Of a stretch of 64,000 bases of DNA, positions 27,202 through 37,740 are shown piece after piece. The notes below the pieces were generated by a model that did not search any database, was not told the DNA's origin, and saw only the letters and a list, made by a program, of their open reading frames with translations. The DNA is taken from the NCBI GenBank assembly GCA_050173015.1, contig JBFXLE010000001.1, forward strand, positions 1 to 64,000, read 5' to 3'. A program made the translations under genes and the position numbers. Origin of the DNA: Calditrichaceae bacterium (lineage in GTDB: Bacteria; Calditrichota; Calditrichia; Calditrichales; JBFXGD01). Each line of letters begins with the position of its first letter. The first letter of the stretch is position 1.

Positions 27202-28070
27202 GTAGGGGCGAAAAATATTTCGCCCCAACCGGGGAAACCAAACAAACGTCACGTAGGGGCGACCGGCCGGTCGCCCCAACCCGTCGCCCCAACCCGTCAC
27301 CCCAACAGGCGCGGAAATTAATATGGTCGGGTATATATACGTGGGATTTTAAATGACCTATCATCCGGAAATTCACCATCGCCGTTCCATCCGGTTGCGG
27401 GAATATGATTATTCCCAATCCGGCGCGTATTTTGTAACGATGTGCGCGCAAAACCGCGAATGTTTGTTTGGCGAAATCACCGACGGGAAAATGATTTTGA
27501 ATGACGCGGGGCGGGTGGTGGAACAATGTTGGAATGATATCACGATTCATTTTCCGCATGTTGAATTGGACGAATTTGTAATAATGCCGAATCATGTGCA
27601 TGGTATATTGATTATCACCGATGCAAACGTCGGGGCGAAAAATATTTCGCCCCGACCAAAAAATACCAAAAACAGGCAGGACGTAGGGGCGAAAAATTTT
27701 TCGCCCCTACCAGAAACGTCCCAACAATCGTCGCCCCCAACAACAAACCAACACCCACGCGGAACGTCAAAAACCATCGGATCCGTCATTCGTGGATTTA
27801 AAATAGGGGTGACCAAATGGATGCGTCAGAACACCGAATTTTATCATATTTGGCAACGCAATTATTACGAACGCGTCATCCGCGATGAAAATGAATTAAA
27901 CCGTATCCGGGAATATATCATCAATAACCCCATCAAATGGGAAATGGACCGTGAAAACCCGGATAATATGGATGATACGGGCGCGGGGACGTAGGGGCGA
28001 AATATTTTTCGCCCCAACCCAAAAATACCAAACAGACGGGCCGTAGGGGCGAAATATTTTTCGCCCCTAC
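27202..28070. repeat. Six REP palindromes GT(A/C)GGGGCGA-N8-TCGCCCC(A/T/G)AC flanking and inside the RAYT gene
   Basis: Copies at 27202, 27253, 27629, 27683, 27991 and 28043. Confidence 0.9.
27353..27994 (+). mobile_element. REP-associated tyrosine transposase (RAYT, Y1 HUH family)
   Basis: RRSIRL..YDYS..G.YFVT, MPNHVHGI (HUH), WQRNYYE, YI.NNP; flanked by REPs. Confidence 0.92.
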
Positions 28071-28102
28071 GGCGTCGCCCCAACCAGGGAAACGGATAAA
28101 AA

Positions 28103-31100
28103 ATGGTCAATGAATCCAAATTAGAAGAATTGTGCATCCAATGGTTTCAGGAAACCGGATGGAATTATTATCACGGTTTTGATATTTCCGTTGACGGCGG
28201 CACCCCCCTGCGGCCGGATTATCATCAGGCGGTTTTATTCAATCCGTTAGTTGAAGCGCTGCAAATCATAAATCCGCATATCCCAAAATCCACGCTTGAA
28301 GAAGTGGCGCTTTCCTTAACCAAAAGTTCGCATCCCATATTAACGCAAAACAACCGTCAATTTCATAAATGGATTCTGGAAGGCTACCCGGTTGACTACC
28401 GGCAAAATGAAGAGACACGTCATGATTATGTACAGTTAATCGATTTTAACAACGTTCATAAGAATCATTTTTTAGTGGTTAACCAATTTACGATTCTGGG
28501 CACAAAGCAGGCGCGCAGACCCGATATCGTTGTTTTTATCAATGGCTTGCCCATTGCCGTTATCGAGTTGAAAAATCCGGGTGATGAAAATGCCGGTATC
28601 TGGGAAGCATACGAACAATTGCAAACCTACAAAGATGAAATCTCCGATTTATTTATCTTCAATGAATCGTTGGTGATATCCGATGGCATCAACGCGCGCA
28701 TCGGTTCATTAACGGCAAACAAGGAATGGTTCCTTCCCTGGCGCACCATCAAAAATGAAAACGACAAACCGCTTCTGGAATATGAACTGGAAAAGGTGGT
28801 AAAAGGATTTTTTAATCCCGAATTGCTTTTGGATTACATCCGCTATTTCATTCTGTTTGAAGATAATGGCGGCATCATCAAAAAGATTGCCGGGTATCAC
28901 CAGTTTCACGCGGTGCGCGAAGCGGTGCGGGTGACGCTAATCGCGTCCAGAAAAATTGAAGAAAAACGCGCTAAAGACCACTCTCTTACCTATGGACAGG
29001 AAGTTGTTCCCGGCAGCCGCAAAGCTGGCGTGGTGTGGCATACGCAGGGTTCCGGTAAAAGTATTTCCATGGTTTGTTATGTGGGCAAACTGTTGCAGCA
29101 GCCGGAAATGAATAATCCCACCATCGTTGTGGTTACGGACCGCAACGATCTTGATGGGCAATTATTTCAGACCTTCAGCAGCGCGAAAGAACTTTTGAAA
29201 CAAATCCCGCGACAGGCCGAGAGCCGCGATGATCTGCGCGAAATGTTAGCCGAGCGGCAATCCGGCGGCATCATTTTCACCACCGTGCAAAAATTTATGA
29301 TGCTGAATCATGAAAAGAAACATCCGGTATTAAATGACCGTCATAATATCGTCGTGATCAGTGATGAGGCCCATCGCAGTCAATATGGTTTTATGGCCAA
29401 ACTGGATCGCAAAACCGGGCAGTATAAATACGGCTTTGCCAAACATATGCGCGATGCTCTGCCCCGCGCCTCGTTTATCGGATTTACCGGAACACCGGTT
29501 TCCAAAGCTGATCACGATACCCGCGCGGTATTCGGTGATTATATCAGCATTTATGATATTCAGGACGCGGTGGATGATGGCGCTACGGTACCCATTTATT
29601 ATGAAAGCCGCTTAGCCAAACTGGATATCAATAAACAGGAAATCGAAGAACTGAATCGTGAAGTGGATGAAGTTCTGGAAGACGAAGAAGATATGGTTTT
29701 ACGCGAGCAGTCAAAAAGCAAATGGGCGGCGCTCGAAAAACTGGTCGGTTCGGAACCACGTTTAAATGAAGTGGCCAAAGATATAATCAACCATTTTGAA
29801 GCCCGATTAGAAGTTATAAACGGTAAAGCCATGATCGTCTGTATGAGCCGGGAAATCTGCGTGAACATGTTCAACGCCATTACGGAAATTAGTCCGGGTT
29901 GGAAAGGAACATTATTTAAAGATAAACCGGGAAGTAACGGTTATTATGATCCGCAGGATGGTGTTATTCGTGTGGTTATGACCGGCAGCGCCTCGGACAG
30001 GGCGGCTTTGCAGCAGCATGTGTACAGCAAAGCAAAAAAGAAAATCATCGAAAAACGCTTTAAAGATCCGGATGATTCTTTGAAACTGGTGATTGTGCGG
30101 GATATGTGGCTGACCGGTTTTGACGTCCCGCCCTGCCATACCATGTATGTGGACAAACCGATGAAAGGCCACAATCTGATGCAGGCCATCGCCCGGGTAA
30201 ACCGGGTGTTCAAAGATAAACCCGGCGGTTTGGTGGTGGATTATATCGGTATCGCCAATGATCTTAAACAAGCGTTAAAAGTATATGTGGATTCGGAAGG
30301 CAAAGGCGCGCCTACCCTGGATACCGAAGAAGCGTATGATATTCTGATGGAGAAGATGGAAATCTGCCGGGCCATGTTCAGCGGCTTTGATTACCACGCG
30401 TTTGAAACAGACGCGCTCAATTTACTGGTTCCTGCCGCCAACCATATTCTCAAAATCGAAGATGGTAAAAAACGATTTTTAGATGCCATGTCCGCTTTAA
30501 CCAAAGCCTTTGCTTTATGTGGCACATTGGATAAAGCCATTGTAATGCGAAAAGAGATCGCCTTTTTTACGGCGGTCAAATCCGCTATTACAAAATATAC
30601 GGATGTTGATAAAAAAAGAACCGAAGAACAAAAATACAGCGCCTTAAAACAAATTCTGGACAACGCGGTTGTCGCGGAGGGTGTCGCGGATATTTTTCAG
30701 CTTGCCGGTCTGGAAAAACCGGATATAGGTTTGCTTTCAGATGAATTCTTAGAAGATGTTCGTAACATGCCGTCAAAAAATCTGGCGGTTGAATTGCTGC
30801 AAAAATTATTAAAAGACGCTATTAAGAGTCGCACGCGTCATAATGTGGTCCGGGAAAAGAAATACAGTGAAATGCTGTTGGATACATTGAGACGCTATCA
30901 CAACCGCGCCATTGAAACCGCGCAGGTGATTGAAGAACTCATCAACATGGCCAAAGATTTTCAGGAAGCGATAAAACGAGATGAAAACCTTGGACTAAAT
31001 CCTGACGAAGTGGCTTTTTATCACGCTTTAGCAAACAATGAAAGCGCCGTTCGTGAATTGGGTGACGCCACGCTAAAAAAGATTGCTGTTGAATTAACTG

Positions 31101-31279
31101 TCAAGCTGCGCAAAAATACAAAGGTTGACTGGCAAGTCCGGGAAAGCGTTCGGGCAAAACTTAGAAACCTGGTGAGACGATTATTGCGTAAATACAAATA
31201 TCCACCGGATAAACAGCGGGAAGCCATCGATCTGGTGTTGGAGCAGGCGGAGAGTCTGGCCAGTGAATGGAGCGCGTAA
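28103..31279 (+). CDS. hsdR: Type I RM restriction endonuclease subunit
   Basis: RPD..(F)INGLP..VIELK nuclease motif, WHTQGSGKS, DEAHRSQY, FTGTP, MWLTGFD, QAIARVNR. Confidence 0.96.
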   Translation: MVNESKLEELCIQWFQETGWNYYHGFDISVDGGTPLRPDYHQAVLFNPLVEALQIINPHIPKSTLEEVALSLTKSSHPILTQNNRQFHKWILEGYPVDYRQNEETRHDYVQLIDFNNVHKNHFLVVNQFTILGTKQARRPDIVVFINGLPIAVIELKNPGDENAGIWEAYEQLQTYKDEISDLFIFNESLVISDGINARIGSLTANKEWFLPWRTIKNENDKPLLEYELEKVVKGFFNPELLLDYIRYFILFEDNGGIIKKIAGYHQFHAVREAVRVTLIASRKIEEKRAKDHSLTYGQEVVPGSRKAGVVWHTQGSGKSISMVCYVGKLLQQPEMNNPTIVVVTDRNDLDGQLFQTFSSAKELLKQIPRQAESRDDLREMLAERQSGGIIFTTVQKFMMLNHEKKHPVLNDRHNIVVISDEAHRSQYGFMAKLDRKTGQYKYGFAKHMRDALPRASFIGFTGTPVSKADHDTRAVFGDYISIYDIQDAVDDGATVPIYYESRLAKLDINKQEIEELNREVDEVLEDEEDMVLREQSKSKWAALEKLVGSEPRLNEVAKDIINHFEARLEVINGKAMIVCMSREICVNMFNAITEISPGWKGTLFKDKPGSNGYYDPQDGVIRVVMTGSASDRAALQQHVYSKAKKKIIEKRFKDPDDSLKLVIVRDMWLTGFDVPPCHTMYVDKPMKGHNLMQAIARVNRVFKDKPGGLVVDYIGIANDLKQALKVYVDSEGKGAPTLDTEEAYDILMEKMEICRAMFSGFDYHAFETDALNLLVPAANHILKIEDGKKRFLDAMSALTKAFALCGTLDKAIVMRKEIAFFTAVKSAITKYTDVDKKRTEEQKYSALKQILDNAVVAEGVADIFQLAGLEKPDIGLLSDEFLEDVRNMPSKNLAVELLQKLLKDAIKSRTRHNVVREKKYSEMLLDTLRRYHNRAIETAQVIEELINMAKDFQEAIKRDENLGLNPDEVAFYHALANNESAVRELGDATLKKIAVELTVKLRKNTKVDWQVRESVRAKLRNLVRRLLRKYKYPPDKQREAIDLVLEQAESLASEWSA

Positions 31280-31375
31280 CGCGGCGTTAAACACCGGTAA
31301 GCAAACGCGTTTCGGATTTTCAAGTTTTACGTTCGGGTTAAGTTTATTGAAATTGCCAATGATTTCCGGATTACA

Positions 31376-31561
31376 TTCAATACCTTTAAATTCGCCTTTG
31401 AAGATAAGTTCCTAAATAAGCTCATTGACCGGATGGACCAGAATCAGGATATTTTTGAAAAAATCATCGAAAATAAAACCTTTGGCGACCTGGTCAAACA
31501 GTTGATGATGAAAAGTGTTTACGCAAAACTAAACGCAATTGAACAGACGGCAAAATTATAG
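31376..31561 (+). pseudogene. Orphan C-terminal fragment of a second, different type I HsdR
   Basis: Frame without an upstream start reads FKFAFEDKFLNKLIDRMDQNQDIFEKIIENKTFGDLVKQLMMKSVYAKLN, resembling HsdR C-termini. Confidence 0.6.
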
Positions 31562-31618
31562 TTCACACCGTTCCATGCCTTATTTTCATGTTTCAAATAT
31601 CATCTCCGGCCGGACTCA

Positions 31619-33301
31619 TTACCCCTGTTCTTTGGATGGAATGAGATCGGTCAACTGATGCGGGCCAAAGGGCAGACGTTCATCCAGCGTATCCTGACAG
31701 ATATCCTCCAGCTGATGAATTACCCTCTCCAGATCTCCGCTGCTTACAGAAAGCTGTATGTTCTGATCTTTTAGACTCTCCAGCCGCTCGGGTGACTGGC
31801 TCTTTAAGCGGTCATAGGTATCTTCTATTTCATCGGTGACAATCTGAAAAGTCAGATTAACGTTATCGTATATTATATGACGCAAATCTTTCAGATCCTG
31901 TCTGTTCATCAGATAACGGGATATAATGTCACCAAAGGCATTAATCAATCCGATCACAATGGTCTGGTCATATCCTTCAAAAAATCGCCGGTAAGCGATA
32001 ATCTGAGCGTAATTGAGAATTAACTTGCGATCCCTGGTACGAATCGTTGTATAGATTAACTGATATAACAGCCGGATGTACCACCTTAACGATTCATCAT
32101 CCATGTCTTTATATGGCAGAAAACGGTCTTTGTTCGATGGTTCACGGATCAATCCGATCATCTCGTCAATCAAAGTATCACCGGCTTCAACCAGGAATGT
32201 ATAGATGGTAAGATTTGGCCGTTGTACGACTCTGTTTAACGCCGCTTCATTGCGCAGCTGCCAGGTGTCAGTATGATTTTTCATGTTCTCGATCAAAAAA
32301 AGCAACCTTCTCTTTAAATCATAGCGGGGAGTAGGCCTCCAATCCAGTTCTTTAAATGTGGCATCGGAATTTACTTCCAGTTTTTTGTCAATATATTTTG
32401 CCATCCACAACCTTTCAAAAGGTTCATGACCGGTAAGTCGGCCGATAAGTTGCCGAACGGCCATTCCGGGTACCGCGAGAAGTTTTGGCATCGAAAGAGC
32501 TTTAACACTCTGCCCGAAATAATATTGAGTTGACGCCTTAAAAAGATCAAGGTGCGATGTGGTATGACCGGGACTGGCATTAAAGGTACAGATTCTCGGT
32601 AATTCATCACTTAATTTAAACAGACGCATAAAAATTTTAATCAAATCATTTATATGAATATAAGTGACGGCTGACTCTCCATGGCCTCCGAGAATACGCG
32701 CGTTCCATTTTTTTGATAGCCAGGTGCTCAGAAACACATAAAGAGGCGGATATTCGCACCAGTCGCTGTAAACCGCGGCCATCCTGACGATTGTCGAAGG
32801 GAACCATCCCGCGTGATCATGGATCATCTTCTCACCCATTCTTTTGCTCCACGCGTAAGGGAAGCGGGCTGAAGGTGGGGTCGTTTCCGTCACCGCGGTA
32901 CCCGGTGCCGGGAATTCACAGGCGGCGAGAGAACTGGCGAAAATGAACCGTCGAACACCCAATAATTTCGCCAGCTTTAAAATATGACGTGTTCCGTTTA
33001 CGTTTGTCCGTTCGTACTCAGGATTCTCCATATTGCTGAAATCATAGTATCCCGCCAGATGCAGAACAAAATCAGCGCCGCCATGGGACTTGATGCAGCG
33101 TACCACATCGCGAAGGCCATCCCAGTCGGCGATATCCACCTGGGACCAGCGCAAATTTTCATAAGCCGGTATTCCGGCCTCTTTTTGAGAACGTCTCGCC
33201 AAACAGAACAGTCTGTATTTTCCGGCCGCGGCTTCAAGAAAATGCCGTCCGACAAATCCCGACGCGCCGGTTACTACGATACCAGGTAATTTTTTATCCA
33301 T
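31619..33301 (-). CDS. NAD-dependent epimerase/dehydratase (extended SDR) with helical C-terminal extension
   Basis: VTGASGFVG, HLAGYY, YAWSK (YxxxK); about 200 additional residues. Confidence 0.85.
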   Translation of the reverse strand: MDKKLPGIVVTGASGFVGRHFLEAAAGKYRLFCLARRSQKEAGIPAYENLRWSQVDIADWDGLRDVVRCIKSHGGADFVLHLAGYYDFSNMENPEYERTNVNGTRHILKLAKLLGVRRFIFASSLAACEFPAPGTAVTETTPPSARFPYAWSKRMGEKMIHDHAGWFPSTIVRMAAVYSDWCEYPPLYVFLSTWLSKKWNARILGGHGESAVTYIHINDLIKIFMRLFKLSDELPRICTFNASPGHTTSHLDLFKASTQYYFGQSVKALSMPKLLAVPGMAVRQLIGRLTGHEPFERLWMAKYIDKKLEVNSDATFKELDWRPTPRYDLKRRLLFLIENMKNHTDTWQLRNEAALNRVVQRPNLTIYTFLVEAGDTLIDEMIGLIREPSNKDRFLPYKDMDDESLRWYIRLLYQLIYTTIRTRDRKLILNYAQIIAYRRFFEGYDQTIVIGLINAFGDIISRYLMNRQDLKDLRHIIYDNVNLTFQIVTDEIEDTYDRLKSQSPERLESLKDQNIQLSVSSGDLERVIHQLEDICQDTLDERLPFGPHQLTDLIPSKEQG

Positions 33302-33339
33302 TTCTTGTCTCTATAGTTTAGATACTCATCTGAATATTG

Positions 33340-33780
33340 TCACGAATTAGTCAGGTTCGGTGATATGGTCGCGTCATTGCTGCGATTGTGATCATTGATC
33401 CAGCCGATATAAGTCACATAGATTAACAGGCACATAATACCGTCACCGATGCCTGATAGCAGAACCATCCATATTGACTCAATTACAAAAAAGTAAATCA
33501 ATAGAAAAACGGTTGCCGCCGCTTTGACGCCGATGGAGAAAATGACCAGCGCCCTGTTTTTTTGGAGATTTCCGGCAGCCATGGCATAGGCAAAGGCCAT
33601 TACGATGTGAAAAACACCGCCCTGGGCCGGGAAAAAATGCTCACCGCAGGACTTAAATCCGAACAATTTCATGATGACCGGTGGCTGCATAATCAATCCC
33701 AGACCAACCATAAATGAATGCAAAGCAATCGCCCATAACACTAACGATAAACGTGATTCCGCGTTTTTAAAGAGTTTCAT
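33340..33780 (-). CDS. Hypothetical four-TM membrane protein
   Basis: Four hydrophobic helices; co-oriented in the rnf operon. Confidence 0.75.
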   Translation of the reverse strand: MKLFKNAESRLSLVLWAIALHSFMVGLGLIMQPPVIMKLFGFKSCGEHFFPAQGGVFHIVMAFAYAMAAGNLQKNRALVIFSIGVKAAATVFLLIYFFVIESIWMVLLSGIGDGIMCLLIYVTYIGWINDHNRSNDATISPNLTNS

Positions 33781-33810
33781 AATCGAATTGTTTACTTTCT
33801 TTAAATGATA

Positions 33811-35892
33811 TTAAACAACCGCCTCTTCCTTTACCGATTCTTCCTCATCCTGATCATAACAATAGATACCGCAATTTAAACATCGTGTAGCCTCGTAGCG
33901 GGCATCCTCTTCATCAATGGTTCCCTCCACTTCCTTAAACGTTCCCAGTCGGTCTTCCAGCGTGACCACAGGTTCATACACACGCGGTTTTGTTTCAACA
34001 CCGGTAATCGATTTCTGCAATGACTCGGGGATAAAGTCTTTCTGCCTGTCCTGGATTGGCGGAATTTTACCATCTGTCATGTAAAAATGAATGGAACGGG
34101 CGGCATATCGTCCCGCCGCGATCGCTTCCACCACAAGACCGGGTCCGGTAAAGCAATCCCCACCCGTGAACACATAGGGTATATCTGTCTGTAATGTCGA
34201 TTCTTCCGCCTCAATCGTATCCCAATGCGTGAAGTTTATCATTTTCAGCGCGGGGTCATTCTTCAGCAACTCTATATCAGGTTTTTGCCCGACGGCTTCG
34301 ATGATCATATCACAGGCAACAAGCTCTTCTGAGCCATCAATGGGGACCGGACGGCGTCTTCCACCGGGATCGGGTTCGCCGAGTTCCATTTGTGTTATCT
34401 CCAGCGCTTCCACGGAGCCGTTTTGAGTAATAATCCGGTTTGGTGAAGATAAAAATCTGATAGAGATGCCTTCCTCTTCGGCGGCTACGATTTCCGCCGG
34501 ATTTGCCGGCATTTCATTCCGCGAACGCCGGTAAACGATGGTTACATTCTCAGCGCCCAGTCGTTTGCTGCTTCTGGCGGCGTCGATGGCCGTATTGCCT
34601 CCTCCGATGATGATCACCTGTTTGCCTATTGAGAGATTCTCACCATTTTGAAACTTTTCCAAAAATTTAATTCCGCTGATCACACCCTTCGCGTCATGTC
34701 CTTCAATATTCAGCTGATGTTCGCCCCAGGCGCCAACCGCCACAAAAACGGAATCAAATTTTTGATTGCGTATATCTTCCATTTTAATATCGACGCCAAA
34801 TTCAACGCCGGTTTTGACTTCAATACCTAACTTCAAAATACCTTCGATTTCCCAGTCCAGAATTTTTTTCGGCAGCCTGTATTCCGGGATGCCGTAACGA
34901 AGCATACCGCCCAGTTTGTCCATTTTCTCAAAAATGACCACCTGATGTCCCAGTCTGCGCAGATAATAGGCCGCTGAAAGCCCACCCGGTCCGCTACCGA
35001 TCACGGCCACTCTTTTTTGTGTATCCGGCGCGACCGGAATGGTCAGCCGGCGGCCGGAATCCATTTCCCAATCGGCCACAAAGCGTTTTAAATAATTTAT
35101 CGCCACGGGTTCATCTTTTATCTGACGACGGCAGGCCAGGGCGCAGGGCTCCGGACAAACACGTCCGCAGGTCAGCGGAAGTGGGTTATGCTCCTTAATC
35201 GTCAGAAGGGCCTCGGCATATTTACCCTCTTTGATATAATGAATATATTTTGGGATGTCGATCTGCGCGGGACATTTTTGACGGCAGGGCGCCAGACATT
35301 CCGTGTATTGATTCCAGTGCAGGATTTTTGTTTTTTCGGAGATCAATGCGATAATTCCCTTGGGACAGGCCCGGACACATTCACCGCATCCCACACAACG
35401 GTCAGGATTAAAATGCGGCAATCCGTCATCACCCATGGTAATCGCGTTAAATTTGCATGCTTTTACACATGTGCCCAGGCCAATACATCCGTGGTCGCAA
35501 TACCGGGGACCGCGGTAATAAAGCATGGCGGCCCGACAGTCGTCAAAACCCAGATAATCATATTTTGTAAGAGCCCTGTTTCCGCCCCGGCAATCCGGAT
35601 TAGCGATATGAGGCTCACTTTCCATAACGGACATACCCAGGTAAGCGGCGATTTGATTTGCGACTTCCGTCTGTCCGACCACACAGGCATTGACCTGCGC
35701 TTCTCCTTTTACAATCGCCTCGGCGCAGGCGCTGCAGCCGGCGAAGCCGCAACCGCCGCAATTGGCGCCCGGTAAAATATTTAAAACCCCCTGGATCCGC
35801 GGATCATCCTTTACATAAAAGATGTGACTGGCGACTCCAAGACAGAGAGCGGCAATCAGGCCGATCCCGGATAATACCCATACTGATAACAT
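33811..35892 (-). CDS. rnfB: RnfB fused to a GltD/NfnB-like FAD/NAD(P) oxidoreductase
   Basis: N-terminal anchor, LPGANCGGCG, ferredoxin motifs, then CP..IDIP, GRVCP, GSGPGG, GGGNTAIDAAR, YRR, RCLNC. Confidence 0.88.
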   Translation of the reverse strand: MLSVWVLSGIGLIAALCLGVASHIFYVKDDPRIQGVLNILPGANCGGCGFAGCSACAEAIVKGEAQVNACVVGQTEVANQIAAYLGMSVMESEPHIANPDCRGGNRALTKYDYLGFDDCRAAMLYYRGPRYCDHGCIGLGTCVKACKFNAITMGDDGLPHFNPDRCVGCGECVRACPKGIIALISEKTKILHWNQYTECLAPCRQKCPAQIDIPKYIHYIKEGKYAEALLTIKEHNPLPLTCGRVCPEPCALACRRQIKDEPVAINYLKRFVADWEMDSGRRLTIPVAPDTQKRVAVIGSGPGGLSAAYYLRRLGHQVVIFEKMDKLGGMLRYGIPEYRLPKKILDWEIEGILKLGIEVKTGVEFGVDIKMEDIRNQKFDSVFVAVGAWGEHQLNIEGHDAKGVISGIKFLEKFQNGENLSIGKQVIIIGGGNTAIDAARSSKRLGAENVTIVYRRSRNEMPANPAEIVAAEEEGISIRFLSSPNRIITQNGSVEALEITQMELGEPDPGGRRRPVPIDGSEELVACDMIIEAVGQKPDIELLKNDPALKMINFTHWDTIEAEESTLQTDIPYVFTGGDCFTGPGLVVEAIAAGRYAARSIHFYMTDGKIPPIQDRQKDFIPESLQKSITGVETKPRVYEPVVTLEDRLGTFKEVEGTIDEEDARYEATRCLNCGIYCYDQDEEESVKEEAVV

Positions 35893-35921
35893 AATCGTTC
35901 CCGGAAGTGTATTCGTTTAAT

Positions 35922-36497
35922 TTATGTTGCCATCCCGGAGAATCCGAGAAATGCCAACGACATTATACCTGCCGTAACCAGAGCGGCAGCGGTACCCTGC
36001 ATTGCTTTAGGCAGTGGTGAAATCAGAAGCCTTTCACGTAAACCGGCGAATAAAATGAGCGCCAGAGAAAAGCCAACCGAACTGGCCAGTGAGAATATCA
36101 CCATCTGCCAGAATCCAAATTCATGTTTGATATTTAAGAGAGCTATACCCATCACGGCGCAATTTGTTGTAATCAATGGTAAATAGATTCCCATGGCGTT
36201 GTAAATCGCTCTGCTTTGTTTTTTTAGGAATATTTCAACCAGTTGAACCAGAGCGGCAATAACCAGAATAAACACCAGCGTTTGTATGTATTCTAGTTTA
36301 AACGGGTGTAGTATATAATGGTAAATAGTCCAGGTAAAAATTGAAGCTAAAACGGCCACAAATATTACCGCGGCTCCCATACCCAGGGAAGTGGTCAGTT
36401 TTTTTGATACGCCGCAAAACGGGCAGTTTCCCAGATACTGGGCAAGCAGAATATTATTTACAAAAATCGCGCTAATTGCTAATAGTAAAAGATCCAT
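35922..36497 (-). CDS. rnfA: Rnf complex subunit A
   Basis: NNILLAQYLGNCPF, LVQLVE, LPLITTNCAV; ATG at 36497. Confidence 0.93.
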   Translation of the reverse strand: MDLLLLAISAIFVNNILLAQYLGNCPFCGVSKKLTTSLGMGAAVIFVAVLASIFTWTIYHYILHPFKLEYIQTLVFILVIAALVQLVEIFLKKQSRAIYNAMGIYLPLITTNCAVMGIALLNIKHEFGFWQMVIFSLASSVGFSLALILFAGLRERLLISPLPKAMQGTAAALVTAGIMSLAFLGFSGMAT

Positions 36498-36505
36498 TCC
36501 CGCTC

Positions 36506-37132
36506 CTAAGCTTGAATAAAAGTCTCGCCGCGTTTTCTGCTCCAGGCGTTCATCAGGCCAAGAAGTATCCCAAGGCAAATGAAAGCGCCGGGCGCTTTTA
36601 CCATAAATTCAAACGGTTCAAAGGATTTCCAGACCACATTTATCCCGAAAAATGTACCCGCGCCAAATAATTCACGTATTATTCCTACCGTCGTCAGAGA
36701 AATCGTATATCCCAGGCCGATACTAAATCCGTCCGCCAAGGACAGGTAAACAGGGTTTCTGGAGGCAAAGGCTTCGGCCCGGCCCAATATGATGCAATTC
36801 ACAACGATGAGAGGGATAAATATCCCGAGTTGCTGCGACAGGGAAAAGAAATACGCTTTCATGATCATTTCGACAATGACCACCATTGTCGCGATGATAA
36901 CAATGTAACCTGCTATTCGAACTTTACCAGGTATAAAATGTCTCAGCGATGATATGGCCATATTGCTGAAAATCAGTACGAAGGTGGCCGCCAGTCCCAT
37001 GCCTAACCCGTTCTCCGCGCTTGCGGTCACGGCAAGAGCCGGACACAGGCCCAGTACGAGTCTGAATGGCGGCAAATCCTTCCAGAATCCATGAACAAGG
37101 GTTTTTAGAAATTTTTGTTGATTAGCGGTCAT
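36506..37132 (-). CDS. rnfE: Rnf complex subunit E
   Basis: LGLCPALAVT, IPLIVVNCIILGRAEAFA, PGAF. Confidence 0.94.
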   Translation of the reverse strand: MTANQQKFLKTLVHGFWKDLPPFRLVLGLCPALAVTASAENGLGMGLAATFVLIFSNMAISSLRHFIPGKVRIAGYIVIIATMVVIVEMIMKAYFFSLSQQLGIFIPLIVVNCIILGRAEAFASRNPVYLSLADGFSIGLGYTISLTTVGIIRELFGAGTFFGINVVWKSFEPFEFMVKAPGAFICLGILLGLMNAWSRKRGETFIQA

Positions 37133-37740
37133 TTTATTTCTCCGGATCTTGCCTGTTGTTGGGAAATCTTATCCATAATTTCCGATTTCTTCTCTTTGTA
37201 AAGATTTATGATTGAATTTGAACCGTTGATCATCGCCGATGAAGAATAAGTAGCGCCCGAAATACCGTCAACCTGGCCACCGGCCGATTTTAAATTAATT
37301 GAATTGACGGCGGATAAGTTGTTCCACTGTTTTTTGAAAGAGGATTTTTCGATCTGAGAACCAACTCCGGGTGTCTCAGAATGGTTGATAATTTCTACAC
37401 CAAGCAGTTTATCTGAATCAAGATCAATACCCAGCATCAGTACAATATTTCCGCCATATCCGCCTTTGCCCATGTCCTCGATCGCCAGCTTCGTTGTTTT
37501 ACCGTTGGCGCCGCTGAAAAATATCGGATATTGATGATCTTCCCAGTTGAATATTATCTTATTTTTCAGCAACTGATCCGCCGGTTTTTGCATAAGGGCG
37601 GAAAGCGCGGGTCCACGCACATACAGATCGTTTTGCATTTCTATCTTGGGGGCAAGATTGTTCCTGACCGCCTCGAGCGTTCCGGCTGACACGCCACATA
37701 TCAGCGTCAAAATCACAGCTAATTTTAACACTTCACGCAT
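37129..37740 (-). CDS. rnfG: Rnf complex subunit G (FMN-binding)
   Basis: N-terminal anchor, GYGG, ETPGVG, DGISGATYSS flavinylation motif. Confidence 0.93.
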   Translation of the reverse strand: MREVLKLAVILTLICGVSAGTLEAVRNNLAPKIEMQNDLYVRGPALSALMQKPADQLLKNKIIFNWEDHQYPIFFSGANGKTTKLAIEDMGKGGYGGNIVLMLGIDLDSDKLLGVEIINHSETPGVGSQIEKSSFKKQWNNLSAVNSINLKSAGGQVDGISGATYSSSAMINGSNSIINLYKEKKSEIMDKISQQQARSGEIK

